Shown here piece by piece: positions 1-13,867 of a DNA stretch of 64,000 bases. The position numbers and the translations under genes were made by a program. The DNA lies in assembly GCA_950097015.1 (NCBI GenBank), contig CATNEN010000038.1, forward strand, positions 8,246,001 to 8,310,000. The letters run 5' to 3'. Position 1 is the first letter of the stretch, and every line of letters begins with the position of its first letter. The stretch is from Macrostomum hystrix (Eukaryota; Animalia; Platyhelminthes). The notes below the pieces were generated by a model. It ran no database searches. It saw only the letters and a list, made by a program, of their open reading frames with translations, and was not told the DNA's origin.

Positions 1-1851
1 CTGAACAGTCCCTGGGGTCTTTGATCTCCGCCGCTCTTGGCCCTTCTAAGAGCCATGCGACTCGGCCCGACGTATCCACGGTTAGCACCAGGAGTGTACG
101 CTGCTGGCTGTGTGGCGTAAAGAAATTAAGAACTGAGAGACAGAGAGGGAGAGGGGAAAGCGAGGGGTGTCAGTAGGTCGGTCCGTTCCTATTTCGGAGC
201 GCAGCAATGGGTCTTTACGACTTGTCATAAATCAGCGGTTCCAGTTTCAGATCCACAATGACCACTCTGGCCAGCTAGCTGGCGGCGTTTCGGGGGGATG
301 ATAAAGTTAGAAAAAAACAACACAAAAGGAACCAGGGCCGGCTTTACGGGGGACACGCAGAGACTTGTAATTATCCCGCCTACACAGGGCCACCTGACTA
401 AGCCTTCTTTAGCCGCAATCGTCGATTCGTCTCCAACGAAGTTCACAAATTTGATAAAATAAATTTGTTGCGTTTTTTAAGCTTCCAATCTTTATCAAAA
501 GGCTTTGCAAACTTTTTTTAGAAAAATGAGATAATTTTCTGAGGTTCTATCCCAGTTTCTGTCCTTGAGCTGGCTATAAATTTAGATTTCCCATTGCTTC
601 AATTTTCCCACTGGGAAACGGTTAGCATATTTTAGCAAGGCTGGTACTTCTTAGTACACCTGCCCCTTTGTACAATTCCATCTTTGGAGTAATTTTCGTG
701 CGTGCACAGTTCTCGGTTAATTAAGTAAGTCAAAGCAATTAAATACGCCATCTCAGGTGAAAGTGGAACCGAAAGTAGGAATTATTGGCAGTGTAACGTT
801 GCTAATCAGAAATGTATGTTTTCCCGCTTCGAAAATATAGTGTTGAAATTGAAAAGAGCAATTTAATCAAATTTAAAAGCAGGATTAATCATTGATAATT
901 TCCAAAAAATGTTTCCTTACGATATCTGTAACAAAAGAGGAAATTACAGGAAACAAGCAAAGTTAGGCGATAGACTCAGTAATCCTTTAAGAAAAATCTC
1001 AGTACCACAATAATCTAACCTTGGTACTTGAGTACTCTAGTACTTAAGTCCTCGATTACTCCAGTACTCAAGCACTTAAGTACTTGCGTACTTTAGCATA
1101 AAAGTGCTTGAGTACTTAAGTGTTGTAGCATTTTAGTACTCCTGTACTCTAGCAATTTTGAACTCTAGTACAGCCCTGCTTTCTGCTCTAGTACAGCCAG
1201 CTTTAACACAATTTACTTAGTATCGACATAATTAAGTTTTATTATAACAAGAAGCCGAAACCAGAAAGCCGTGTTAACTTCGGCGCTTGATTAATATCGC
1301 TAGATTAAGCTAACTTCCGTTTCGTTGCTTATTTAACTAATGGGTTCAGATGGGTTCAAAGCAATTTTTGCGTTTGTTCATATTTCAGGTTTCATACTCA
1401 TTAGACTCCTTAGTAATTAGTAAGCTAATTTTGCTTCGTTAACTGCGAACAAATCAAGTTGCTAATAAAATACGAAACTCCAAAAAAGCAGGAAAAAAAT
1501 TTCATTTGTGATGGAACATCTAGAAAAAATTCAATGAATCATAACAATCCTAAAGATGAAACCGCTGATTTAGGCTGACATTTGATCATAAAAATGGGAA
1601 TCAAGATTATCCGAGATTTGAGATCGGGGATCTTGGATCCCCAGAATCTCGTCAGAATTTCCACAGAAAGGCCTCTTAGAGAATCAGATGAGATTTCTGC
1701 AAGACTCTTCAGGAAATTTCTTAGAGCGCATGGTAGAGACAAAAAATATTTTCGTTAAAAATAGGATAATCATCTAAAATTGATGCCGTTTTCTAGAATA
1801 AAACTAATTAACTCAAATTCCGGACAGTAGAACCCAGTAATTTCAGCCTTT

Positions 1852-4800
1852 TCAGTTCTTCTGGCTCGACCTCAGACCGCGCTCAATCCAAGCATCGATG
1901 TCCTTCGCTTTGCGGTCTTCGCTAGTGTACCACAGGTTGGCTATGGTGTCCGCTGGCAGGGGGTCCAGGTTGTTACGGTGCTTCAGGCTGGCAATCTTGA
2001 TCGTCACGTAGGCCCTGAACTCCCTGTGCCTCTCCAGGGGCTGCTCCCGGTCGGCAATCTTGGCCAACTCATCAGGCTCCAGCACCACCGGACTGCGGAC
2101 CAGAATCATCAGCGTCATCATCAGTAGGTTGTTCAGCTCCGATGCCAGCTTGTCAGCGCGCAACTCAGCCTCCGACTTGGCGAACAGGAGGCCGCCAACG
2201 CTGTGGCCCTTCTTCAGCGTCGGCAGGGGATTCTCCAGGAAGTCGTACACAACCGACGCTTCGGCTTGGGGGGAAGCCTTTCGAGTTGAAAGTTTTGAGT
2301 AATATTTGTCATTTAAAAAATCCCAAATCCCTCAGACGACCTACGGTATTCAGCTCGAATCAACGGTTGCTCAAAGAACTGTTATAGAAGCATTGAGTGC
2401 TCTGAGGTCTCAGAGTCGACTCCGCAATGAGGCCACATTAATTAAAGGCTTGGCATGAGCTTTTCGGTGTTACATTAATTTGATTTTTAAGTAGTCATAA
2501 AGATTTGGTAAAATATTTGCTCATTTTTGGCAATATGGTTTGATGACAAGTTTAAACGAGACTGAAGGGTGAAGCCGCGGAGAGAGTACTTGTGGGCTAG
2601 GTGAGGAACTTTCGCACACAAGGGCAAATCAAGGTAGAGTGATTAATGCACTGACTGACCAATAAAAAGTCAGGGCAGGTGTACGCACACCCCTGTGTGA
2701 GCATGTGCTCAGGGCTCAGTGGAAAGGGCCGAAAAGCCTCCTCGCTGCCTGTGGGTCTATTCTCCCCAACCGATGCGTCAATGCTCTTTTTGTCTTTTTT
2801 CGAGCTGTTCTTTTCTTTTCTGATCGTCAACTAACCTTCAAATTTTGCAGCGTCAGCGACCACTGCAGTGTCGCAGGTTCCTGACCAAACAGTCGCCAGA
2901 TTTGCATCACGTCCTTAATCATCTGGAAGCCCTGTGCCTTTGAGTACGGCTGGCCGACCTTTCCTTCAATGCAATCCTTTAGGGAGCTGTTGTACGTAGA
3001 ATGCAGCACGCATAGCTCGTTCCTGTCGTTAAACGTTACCATCAAAGTTATAGCGAAGCAGCGCTGACTGCTTATAAGCTTTCCTTTCATCAAGTGATGA
3101 TTGGGTATGCCTCCTAGGCGGCCAATAGGTCTTGTACGCCCGTCCGACTCAGTGAAGCCTCCGCCTATTGCAGTAACCGTGACGCCGATCCCCGAGTCCT
3201 GCGTGCGCTCGAACCCCGCGTAGCATCGGGTTAGGTGACAATGCTGGCCCAGTCGCAATTTCGCTACCGGCTCCGAAAGGCTACCGGACGGCAGGTGTCC
3301 GTATCTCTGAAGGTTTCGCAGAGCCTCGGCTAAAGTCAAACAAAACTGCACCCGCTGCCAGGCAAGGAGCGCTGTTTCGTTCTCCTTGGCGAGCATTTTC
3401 TGCAGCTTAGCAGCGAACTTGTGCCTGGAATGCGACAGGTTCAACAGGCAGTCCTCCGCCTGCTTCAGTGTGTAATCAACGCCAGCAAACATTTTACGAA
3501 CCACCGCGTGCAGGTCGATGCTCTCGTAGAACTCGCGGGCTACGTCGCTCTTCCACTCTGGTGTGTTCGGACTGGCTCCGCGGTTTTTATTCACCTTGGC
3601 AGCCGACCACAGCCTTCTGACCCACTTCAAGAAGCCCGCTTCAGACTTCCACTCAACGCTAAAGTTTAGCTTGACTATATTCATCACTATCTCATCGGCG
3701 TGTGTGCGAATCAGGTCCTGCCACGGGCTGGAGGGCTGGTCTTGTGAAGCGCCGGAGAAAAGCTTTTTTAGCTTCTCAACTTCATTAAACAGTTCGGTTC
3801 TCAGATCGTTTATCTTACGTTCTAGCGACTCCCTGATTTCAACATTCAGCAGGTGGAGCACAAAATTGTTAATCTGTTCGCGGTACTGCTGCTCTACTTC
3901 GTTATTCCGAATCTTGCTGTAAAGTCGTAGTGGTCCAAACTCCAGTTTGCGACATTCTCCAATGATTGTTTCCTCTTTCTGTTTGTGAATTTCGGTCAGT
4001 TCTCCAAGAAAGGCAGACTTGCATTCTTTTAGTTTGGCTTTGGTATCACGAAAGCTCTGAAATATTAGCTCTTTTGAGGCCTTCTCAATCTGCTGAGTGT
4101 CTTCACCTGCCTCATCGCCAGGGTCCCTAGTAAACACGTCAAATGTGCGCACTGACACCAGGAAGAGCGTAGATAGGGCGAGTTCCGTACGGCTTCTGCC
4201 GGTCTCCAGCAAGCAATCCTTCAGAGCTCTAACCATCGAGCGGTACTGGGTCTCGTAGTCCTGATTAAGACGCTTGATTTGCTCCGAATTTCCAGATAGA
4301 GGTGAGCGCTGTCGCAGCACAGACACGGGGTGAATGGACATTTTGCCGCTACTGCTGCCTGTCAGCTTGTACTTTTCCAGTTGATCTATCACCAGGCGCT
4401 GCTTGCGACGCTGGGTTTGAAGCCCGCTATCATGAAAGCGAGTGTTCGACGAGTCCTCTTCTGGATCTGATTCTCCGTCCATCTCCTCAGCTTCTGGGTC
4501 ATAGTCCACTTTGTTGATGACGAAGAAGATGCGCATATTGGGCACATTTGCCCTGAGGAAGAACAGAAATTCTCGATCCTGCGGGATAAAAAACAGTTCT
4601 CGACTGATTGAAAGAGCTCTATGCGGACGCTATTTTATTGTCTGTTCCGAACTCAATGCCTCACCGAATTTCCCAAGCCTTTGTTGCCGTCAATGATGTA
4701 TACCACAGTCTGGTGGTTGAAGCAAAACAGTTGTCGCAAGAGCCGCTCGCGCAGTTTGGGATCAAAGCAGTCGCCAGGTATCTCTAGGAACTGTACTCGC

Positions 4801-6237
4801 GTTCTAAGTATGGGATTTCGCACGCCGATTTCAAGCACGCAGTTTTCTAAACTGCCCCAGGCCGATCGCTCTCTGTCACTCATGACTTCTTCGATGAATT
4901 CACGAACTTGATGCGAGACTCGCTGATGCTGCAATCGGTTTTTTGTGCATAATATGTCGAGTCTATTGTAGCATTCGCTGTTTCCATTACCCACTACGCT
5001 AGGCAATAAATATTCTTCGTCACTAGATCATGGCCCCAGCAAATTTAGTTTGCTGAGAGGCTTACCATCTCATGATGCAGCTGGGACTGCTGCTGCTGAT
5101 TCGATTCCGAGTCCTGCAACAACAAAGGCCTCTCAGTGGAGCTGCGAGCAATTTTCACGTAACCGACTTCGTCATACTTCAGGTGCACAATGCCATTGCA
5201 CGGGTGCTTCAGCATGGCTCCACTGCTTGGTAGGATGTCAGCACCCAGAATTCCGTTGATGACGGAGGATTTGCCGCTGCCTTTGCCGCCCAGAACTAGC
5301 AAGATGGGATCAGTTCGCAGCACGTTCATTATGGTCTGCTCTTCACTCGGCGATAGCCAGGCCTCGACACGGTCAGCAGCAGCTTGCTCGCCTGACCCCA
5401 AGGAGATGCCGCCAAGTAGTTCTTGGATGCCCTGGCAGGCCTGTTTGAGTTCTTGGAAGGTCTGTTTGACGATCCGTCGAGTGCTGTAGAAACTGCTGAA
5501 GTAGTCATGCAGTTCGTTAATGGAGTTCTCATTGCTCTGCGGTGCCCAGGAGCTGGACTGCTCCATGTCCGACATCTCTGACATAAAGGCTTCGCCATCA
5601 GGGTCAATTTCTCCCTCGATGCTGGCTGTTGTAAAATAGAGATTATCAAATAGCCGTTGTGCTTGTCATGCAGGTAAATAAATAAAAGTAATGTATCTGT
5701 GGCAAATTTGCGAGCGATTTTTTAGAAAAAATGTTCAAATGACAATTTGTTTGCAGGCAGGAAACAGCTACGGGACTTAAATGCGATGTTTGCCTGCAGA
5801 ACTTCGTCGCCCAGTCTTTGCTCCCCAGAGGGAAAACAGAAGTTCAACATGTTACCGTAGTCACAGTGTTGTCTATGGCCCTAACTAAAAGTATAAATAT
5901 TCAGTATTTCATACCAGTAGGCTACTACTATTTTTACCTAGCCCAATCTGCTTGCTTCATAGATTTGTCTATGGCCCAAGCACTGTGGCCGAAAAGAAGT
6001 CTACATTCTAACGTTAGGGACCGATTTTGCACTACAGATTTTGTAGTAGATCAACAAAACGCTTTTCATACTCACTGGTCCTGCTGTTCCAGCTGCAAGC
6101 TGCTCCACGATTCGTCTCCGGAGCTGCGGGCTGCGGGTTGTCATTAACCTCATCGACTGGCTTCTCTGTCTCAGCGACGGCTTCAGGGCTGGCTTCGCTC
6201 TGTGGATCAGCCTGATGGGACACTTCCGAGTCTGAAG
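1852..6237 (-). CDS. DSTYK-like protein: N-terminal dynamin-type P-loop GTPase, helical stalk and degenerate kinase-like C-terminus. Multi-exon; first exon not located.
   Basis: Exons ~6076-6237, 5066-5625, ~4665-5006, 2836-4578 and probably ~1852-2280. GT-AG sites and phases match for 6076/5625 and 4665/4578; the other junctions are unresolved. G1 LVLGGKGSGKSSVINGILGADILPS, G3-like FLEIPG, G4 FFVINKVD. Stalk segments EWKSDVAREFYESID and AEALRNLQRYGHLP resemble DSTYK (EWKRKVAQEAIESLS...SLQDVLLHRKP). Kinase-like tail LCVLHSTYNSSLKDCIE...FQMIKDV lacks HRD. Confidence 0.7.
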
Positions 6238-6315
6238 CTGCAAGTGATGCATTTCATATGCACTACTTGTAAGGCAGGAGTTAATTCGAAAGGCGACAGC
6301 GGGTCGGATCCACAG

Positions 6316-6856
6316 ATGAGAGATGAGACAGTGATAGATGATACAGTGAGAGATGAGACAGTGATAGATGATACAGTGAGAGATGAGACACTGAGAGATG
6401 AGACAGTGAGAGACGAGACACTGAGAGAGGAGATAGTGAGAGATGAGACAGTGAGAGATGAGACAGTGAGAGATGAGACTGAGCTCTGAGAGATGATACA
6501 CTGAGAGGAGACTGTGAGAGATGAGACAGTGGGAAATGAGACATTGGGAGATGAGACAGTGAGAGATGAGACAGTGAGAGATGAGACAGTTAGAGATAAG
6601 ACAGTGAGAGATGAGACAGTGGGATATGAGACAGTGGGAGATGAGACAGTGAGAGATGAGACAGTGAGAGATGAGACAGTTAGAGATAAGACAGTGAGAG
6701 ATGAGACAGTGGGATATGAGACAGTGGGAGATGAGACAGTGAGAGATGATACAGTGAGAGATGATACAGTGCGAGATGAGACACTGAGAAATGATACAGT
6801 GAGAGATGATACAGTGCGAGATGAGACACTGAGAGATGATACAGTGCGAGATGAGA
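6316..6856. repeat. 15-bp minisatellite (GAGATGAGACAGTGA)n, probably intronic
   Basis: Direct tandem repeats; source of the spurious RDETV/SHCLI ORFs. Confidence 0.95.
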
Positions 6857-7799
6857 ATGGGTGTTGTAACACGTGTGACACGAGACATACGAGACAACAA
6901 GGTTAGAGATAAAACTTTGTCGAGCTTTTATGTACGAAAGGGCGACTGTTATAAAATCCCATTATCCCACTACATCGGAGGAGTGAGGAAGTCAATGGCG
7001 AAGCAGATCTTACCGTCTACTGGCTGGGCGGGACCGATGGTTACAAATCCTGTTTGACTCTTCAGATTCATGTCAATCTATAAATCTATAATCTACAATA
7101 ATGCTGCTTCTAATTTAATTTAGTGCGCAGGGGTTTAAAATTGCTGGTAAAGATTGTGAAACACAAAGCAATTAAGCAAAGCTATGGCACTCTAAAGTGG
7201 CCTACAGTTTTAGCATATTTAAGCTTTATTTATTTTTGCACCCAAGCTTAATACAGGGCCAACCTCTGCCTTGCGCAGAAAGCACAACTGCCTCCTTGCC
7301 TTTCACTTCTACCCCTCGGCCCAACCCCCCCAAAACATGCGTGCACTGTCTCGGAGAGCAGTGTACATTCGGGCATAGTGTACACTCATCGAGCGAGCGC
7401 AATTTTACGGACAAGATAAGCAGAAGTGCTGGCGCACAAAGCCAATGAACGGGATATGTTTGCTAGGTCCCTACCCAAATTGCCAAATTGCTTTAGCTTA
7501 CTTTAGATACAATTTCCAACTAGTGTGGAGATTATGCTAATTGTCTGGAACACCGGAAAATACCAAGGCTGCAACAAATTCCTGCAACTGCATTAGAAAT
7601 AGGGAAAGTCGAAATGACGTGTTTGAAAATTAACCTTTCTTATCATTAACAGCACAGGATCTCACAAAATTTAGATAAGCCATTTTTTAATTTAATGGAG
7701 CATCGAGCTTCATAGCATAATGGGCAGTGAAATATGTCGCGAAAATGTTTCTTCTACGAGCTAGATGTTGATAGACGACTATCTGTTCTGCTTGGAGCT

Positions 7800-8765
7800 G
7801 AATTGTTAGACAGGACATCAGATTGTTAGACTAGGACATCAGATTGTTAGACAGGACATCAGATTGTTAGATAGGACATCCGATTGTTAGACAGGACATC
7901 AGATTGTTAGACTAGGACATCAGATTGTTAGACAGGACATCAGATTGTTAGACAGGACATCAGATTGTTAGATAGGACATCCGATTGTTAGACAGGACAT
8001 CAGATTGTTAGACTAGGACATCAGATTGTTAGACAGGACATCAGATTGTTAGACAGGACATCAGATTTATCTAATTGAACATCAGATTTATCTAATTGAA
8101 CATCAGATTTATCTAATTGAACATCAGATTTACCTAATTGGACATCAGATTGTTAGACAGGACATCAGATTGTTAGACAGGACATCAGATTGTTAGACTA
8201 GGAAATCAGATTGTTAGACAGGACATCAGATTGTTAGACAGGACATCCGATTGTTAGACAGGACATCAGATTGTTAGACAGGACATCAGATTGTTAGACA
8301 ACACATCAGATTGTTAGACAGGACATCAGATTGTTAGACTAGGAAATCAGATTGTTAGACAGGACATCAGATTGTTAGACAGGACACCCGATTGTTAGAC
8401 AGGACATCAGATTTATCTAATTGAACATCAGATTTATCTAATTGGACATCAGATTGTTAGACTAGGAAATCAGTTTGTTAGACAAGACATCAGGTTGTTA
8501 GACTAGGAAATCAGATTGTTAGACTAGGAAATCAGATTGTTAGACTAGGAAATCAGATTGTTAGACAGGACATCAGATTGTTAGACAGGACATCCGATTG
8601 TTAGACAGGACATTAGATTGTTAGACAGGACATCAGATTGGTAGACAGGACATCCGATTGGTAGACTAGGACATCCGATTGGTAGACTAGGACATCCGAT
8701 TGGTAGACTAGGACATCAGATTGGTAGACTAGGACATCCGATTGGTAGACTAGGACATCAGATTA
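7800..8765. repeat. 20/21-bp minisatellite (GATTGTTAGAC(T)AGGACATCA)n
   Basis: About 45 tandem copies with variant blocks. Confidence 0.95.
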
Positions 8766-8859
8766 TGCTACTTACTCAATACATCATGCTACCCCTTCCA
8801 TAAATCATGTTTTCCCCTCTAAAAATAATGCTACCTCTTCAAAAATTAATGCTACCCCA

Positions 8860-9170
8860 ACGATAATTCACGCTAACCCCTTAATAATTCACGCTAACCC
8901 CTCAATAAATCACGCTAACCCCTTAATAAATCACGCTAACCCCATTAATAATTCACGCTAACCCCTTAATAAATCACGCTAACCCCTTAATAAATCACGC
9001 TAACCCCTTAATAATTCACGCTAACCCCTCAATAAATCACGCTAACCCCTTAATAAATCACGCTAACCCCTCAATAAATCACGCTACCTTCTTGATAAAT
9101 CATGCTATACCTCGATAAATCATGCTACCCCGTTGATAAATCATGTTACGCCCTCGACAAATCATGCTTC
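8860..9170. repeat. ~22-bp minisatellite (TAAATCACGCTAACCCCTTAA-type)
   Basis: Tandem copies that degenerate at both ends. Confidence 0.9.
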
Positions 9171-10339
9171 CCCCGTCAAAATAGAAAAAAAAGTTAATTG
9201 CGTTGCTTAAAATTTCCTTCAAATTCTGAATCTGATAACTCTGGCAGCTATGCTAGAAAAATCCTTAGTTTTGTATCTATGACGCTTGCTGCTACACTCT
9301 AAAAACTTGTTTTTATTATCAGAGCGTGCAGAGTAGCAAAGCAAACGAATATTTGCTTTTATAATTAGCTGATAGAAAGTGCTAACTATTCATTCCCGTA
9401 CCCAATGAAAGCCTAATAAATAAATAAAAACAGCTACTTTCATTTTTAATGGTTGATGATAGAATATTATCAGAAAAGAAGCAGTTAATATGCTGAAATT
9501 TGATTCTGTAGAAAGAATACTTTACTTCGGAGCTAGGTGTAAAAATGTGTCTGCAGAAAACTGCAGACAGTATATGTGCTGCACTCTTCAGCGACAAAAA
9601 TGAGGAGGAGATGTCTCGCTATCATTAAGCATTATACGCTCGTAAAAGCCCTTTCATAAAATATAATACGACTATAATGTGTCCTTAAAATATACCAGAA
9701 ATTAACTTTTATTTCGAATATTTAATGCCTTTAAAATGAAACAACCTCCTAGAAAAGTTACATGTAACAGCTTGCCATAAATACACACCCAACAAAACAC
9801 ACTGGATGAAAATCGGTTCAGCCATTCAGTAGTTAGATTGAAGTTCGTATAAGTAGCTAGGTAGGTAGTTGTGAGTTTTAGTATATTGGACTAGCAATTT
9901 TAGCCACAATCAAAGCAAAGCACAAGTTAAATTTTGGGATGTGCAAATCCCCCTCCTTTTTCAAGTTATGCCCATTAAGTACGCTAATAACTCCATAACA
10001 TTTTTTAACAAACTGAACTAACTTGTCACCTCAATAAGCTAAATTGCTCCCCATCGAGTAGCCCCAAAAAGATTTCCCTCTGGGGTGACAACCTAAGCAG
10101 AAAAAATGCTTACTGCCTGCCCAGCAGCAGAGAACCAAAAGAAAAGCATACTACCAATATTCCATCTGCAAGAATGTTTTAGCCTCCCCCCTTAGGTACA
10201 AAAACCTAAAGAGAGAAAGAGATCACTTTATATTAACAAAGATGCATACAATTTGAATCGAATGCTACGGTTACAGGCAGGTGCAAGTGAGTTAAATGTA
10301 ACGGTTCCCCGTTTCATTTTCAGATTTACTTTCGAAATA

Positions 10340-10660
10340 TAGCACACTGGCCCTGTCCACCAAATCACATGAAAATTTACAGCCTTCGAAGAGTGATCAG
10401 TGAGCATCAAATTTGGAATCGATTCGTCGTACCTGCATGCACCTGCCGATTGTGCATTATAACCAATTCTCAAACTTCCTAATGTTGCAGGCTTTTTACA
10501 AGCACAGGTGCCGATTACAGATGAGAAAGGTCGAATTTATGTTGCCACAGCGAGACATTGAATTATAGATTCAATTGTGCATACTCGACAGAAGGGTGGC
10601 TACAGCTGTGGCGTCTTTGTATGCCTCTTTGTTCGAATGCTTGTCTTTGACCAGTAATCA
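10340..10660 (+). pseudogene. Decayed Ulp1/SENP-like (peptidase C48) cysteine protease fragment, probably transposon-derived
   Basis: One frame reads ...FGIDSSY...AGFLQAQ...H*IIDSIVHTRQKGGYSCGVFVCLFVRMLV*, matching the Q-x-x-G-x-x-C-G-V-F-V-C motif. An HW occurs upstream in another frame; in-frame stops are present. Confidence 0.4.
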
Positions 10661-11239
10661 CAAGGACTGTGTCTCCACAAATGACGGCGAAAGGTTTTGT
10701 TTGTGTTCCGTGAGAATATGGTTGGTACCGAAACTTAACAGACCTGAGAAAAATAATTATCACCTTGAACTCAGTAATGAATATCCGATTATGTCTTGCG
10801 TATGCAATAATTTTGAAGGTTTCATGCACGCACTATAGTATACCAACAGTAGATCCTTTAATATTAATTAATTTTTCTTCAATTAAAATATTACGCAGGT
10901 CAGCGCGTATCCTAGGCTTAATATTGCATATCTTGATAAGCACTCTTGTTATTAGAGAGTTTTAAGCTATTCTACATTGAGTACACCACAGCTTAGGCAT
11001 TTCGCAGTTTTTTGCCCTATTTTTTTAATGATAAATATATTTGAAAGCCGTTAAACGATGCGCATACTTATATTATTGTCCTGTAAGGCGAACGTTTCAC
11101 CCTAATTCTACAACAACTTCTCATATTTCAGTGTTAGCTGTACTCTTCTGCGGTTCAGTTGCCTATGTCAAATTGTTTGGTACTTTTATGGCTTATTGAA
11201 CTATATCCCATGCCAAGATCCCAAAGAGAATCCTCGCAA

Positions 11240-12455
11240 CTGATCCCCATCGAGATGGATTGCCATACATCCATCAGCTACCGGGTCCTGATCCCCATCA
11301 TGCAGGGTTGCCACACATCCATCAGCTACCTGGTCCTGATCCCCATCATGCAGGGTTGCCACACATCCATCAGCTACCTGGTCCTGATCCCCATCATGCA
11401 GGGTTGCCACACATCCATCAGCTACCTGGTCCTGATCCCCATCATGCAGGGTTGCCACACATCCATCAGCTACCTGGTCCTGATCCCCATCATGCAGGGT
11501 TGCCACACATCCATCAGCTACCTGGTCCTGATCCCCATCATGCAGGGTTGCCACACATCCATCAGCTACCGGGTCCTGATCCCCATCATGCAGGGTTGCC
11601 ACACATCCATCAGCTACCGGATCCTGATCCCCATCATGCAGGGTTGCCACACATCCATCAGCTACCGGATCCTGATCCCCATCATGCAGGGTTGCCACAC
11701 ATCCATCAGCTACCGGATCCTGATCCCCATCATGCAGGGTTGCCACACATCCATCAGCTACCGGGTCCTGATCCCCATCATGCAGGGTTGCCACACATCC
11801 ATCAGCTACCGGGTCCTGATCCCCATCATGCAGGGTTGCCACACATCCATCAGCTACCGGGTCCTGATCCCCATCATGCAGGGTTCCCACACATCCATCA
11901 GCTACCGGGTCCTGATCCCCATCATGCAGGGTTGCCACACATCCATCAGCTACCGGATCCTGATCCCCATCATGCAGGGTTGCCACACATCCATCAGCTA
12001 CCGGATCCTGATCCCCATCATGCAGGGTTGCCACACATCCATCAGCTACCGGGCCCTGATCCCCATCATGCAGGGTTGCCACACATCCATCAGCTACCGG
12101 GTCCTGATCCCCATCATGCAGGGTTGCCACACATCCATCAGCTACCGGATCCTGATCCCCATCATGCAGGGTTGCCACACATCCATCAGCTACCTGGTCC
12201 TGATCCCCATCATGCAGGGTTGCCACACATCCATCAGCTACCGGATCCTGATCCCCCTCATGCAGGGTTGCCACACATCCATCAGCTACCTGGTCCTGAT
12301 CCCCATCATGCAGGGTTGCCACACATCCATCAGCTACCGGATCCTGATCCCCATCATGCAGGGTTGCCACACATCCATCAGCTACCTGGTCCTGATCCCC
12401 ATCATGCAGGGTTGCCACACATCCATCAGCTACCGGATCCTGATCCCCATCATGC
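11240..12455. repeat. 48-bp minisatellite, ~25 near-identical copies, stop-free in at least three frames
   Basis: Unit CATGCAGGGTTGCCACACATCCATCAGCTACC(G/T)G(G/A)TCCTGATCCCCAT. Confidence 0.95.
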
Positions 12456-12823
12456 ATATCCATGCATCCCCTATATTTATGGATTTAGTCTTATTGATTT
12501 TTAAATTTTTCAATTGATTTATTGATTTATTCTACAGGTAATGCCATCTTAATTAAGCCTTATTCGACGCATTACCGATATAGCGGGTCATATGCAGACC
12601 CGATGCATTCATGTACTTAGATATGACAGCGGGGTCAGACATGATTCATTCTCGATTCTCGATTTCTCGCGTATTGTAGGGCTGGGGCAGTATTGAAAGG
12701 TTTGACGCAGACAAAGGCCGAAATTTAGCAATAAAAACAACGTTCCGACTTTGGCCCAGATTAGGCGTTAATCTATTCTGGGCCGGCCGAGACACCCACC
12801 TCAGCCCGCTCACTTGGACCTGG

Positions 12824-12880
12824 CAGCCAGGTGTACATAGCCAGGTGTACATAGCCAGGTGTACATAGCCAGGTGTACAT
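12824..12880. repeat. 14-bp tandem repeat (GCCAGGTGTACATA)x4
   Basis: Direct observation. Confidence 0.85.
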
Positions 12881-13867
12881 TCAGTGATACGAGTTAATAG
12901 TAAACAATGGCATATACGCGGCGCACTACAGTTGCTATTGATAATCAGTAGGTGCTGTTAAGTAAGTTTGCTCACAGTTTCGCTTGGTACAGTTGAGTAG
13001 GGTGAGTAGTAGGGTGCTTTAAATAAATTTGAATAGGGAAACTGCTCAAAAAATCGTATTTCCGCTACAGTCAGTAGAGTTTTGTAGAGTTTTGTAGATT
13101 CGGTATAAATTTCTGCATTTGATGAGGAGTGGCACATTGAACTCATGCTTCTGGTTGGAGTGTATTTTAATATATTTATTGTGTAATACTTATGAACAGT
13201 AATTATAACAGTTTATGACGCATTTTCGCATGCTTGAATGGCAGTCAGTCTGGGTGCAAAAAAAACAGATAATTTTGATAGAATCGTCAATTAAGGAAAC
13301 TGGGGTTCTAAGAGCTATGATATGATAACATTTTTGGGACTGTCTACCCAGCTACTGTAATAAATTGGCTGAGGTGACAACCAGATAGACATATTTGAGT
13401 CTTGAACATATTCTGCATGAATAATTGATCGGCCACTAGTGAGAGCAAAAACTAATGAACGAACAGTTTCTTTTATTATTTATTGACAATGATAAATTAA
13501 TTCACACAGAATATGAAATTCAAATTCATCTACTCGAGCTTAATAATCAGAATTGCAAGGCTATGCTAGAATTTCGAGCTCTAAAATCACTCGAAAATGA
13601 GCAGTTGTGATGAATCTCTGGCTGATCACGAAAAGAAATTCGCTTAGAGCAACAATCTCAATGTAGTCAGTGCAGCAGTCGCTGTCTGTGTCCTGCCCCT
13701 TCACAGCAGCACCAGCAGCAGCAGTCGCTGGTATGCTAACAATCAAGTAGCATCACACGGACTCGAAGCCTTTAGTTTTCTGAAATCAGAGCAACCTTGA
13801 GCACTCATTCAGTATCAGAAATGTAACGGAAACACTACTGACAAGTAGCATTGTAGCTAAGAAGTCA

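Noticed and set aside
1-450. GC-richer segment at the window start (possible retroelement UTR/LTR) and its 73-aa ORF
   Set aside because: Truncated by the window edge; no diagnostic motif recognised.
6001-6906. Long ORFs (SHCLI / RDETV repeats)
   Set aside because: Translations of a 15-bp minisatellite upstream of a good splice acceptor at 6238.
8860-9090. Interstitial telomeric repeat (CTAACCC)
   Set aside because: Only one telomere-like heptamer per 22-bp unit; not tandem TTAGGG.
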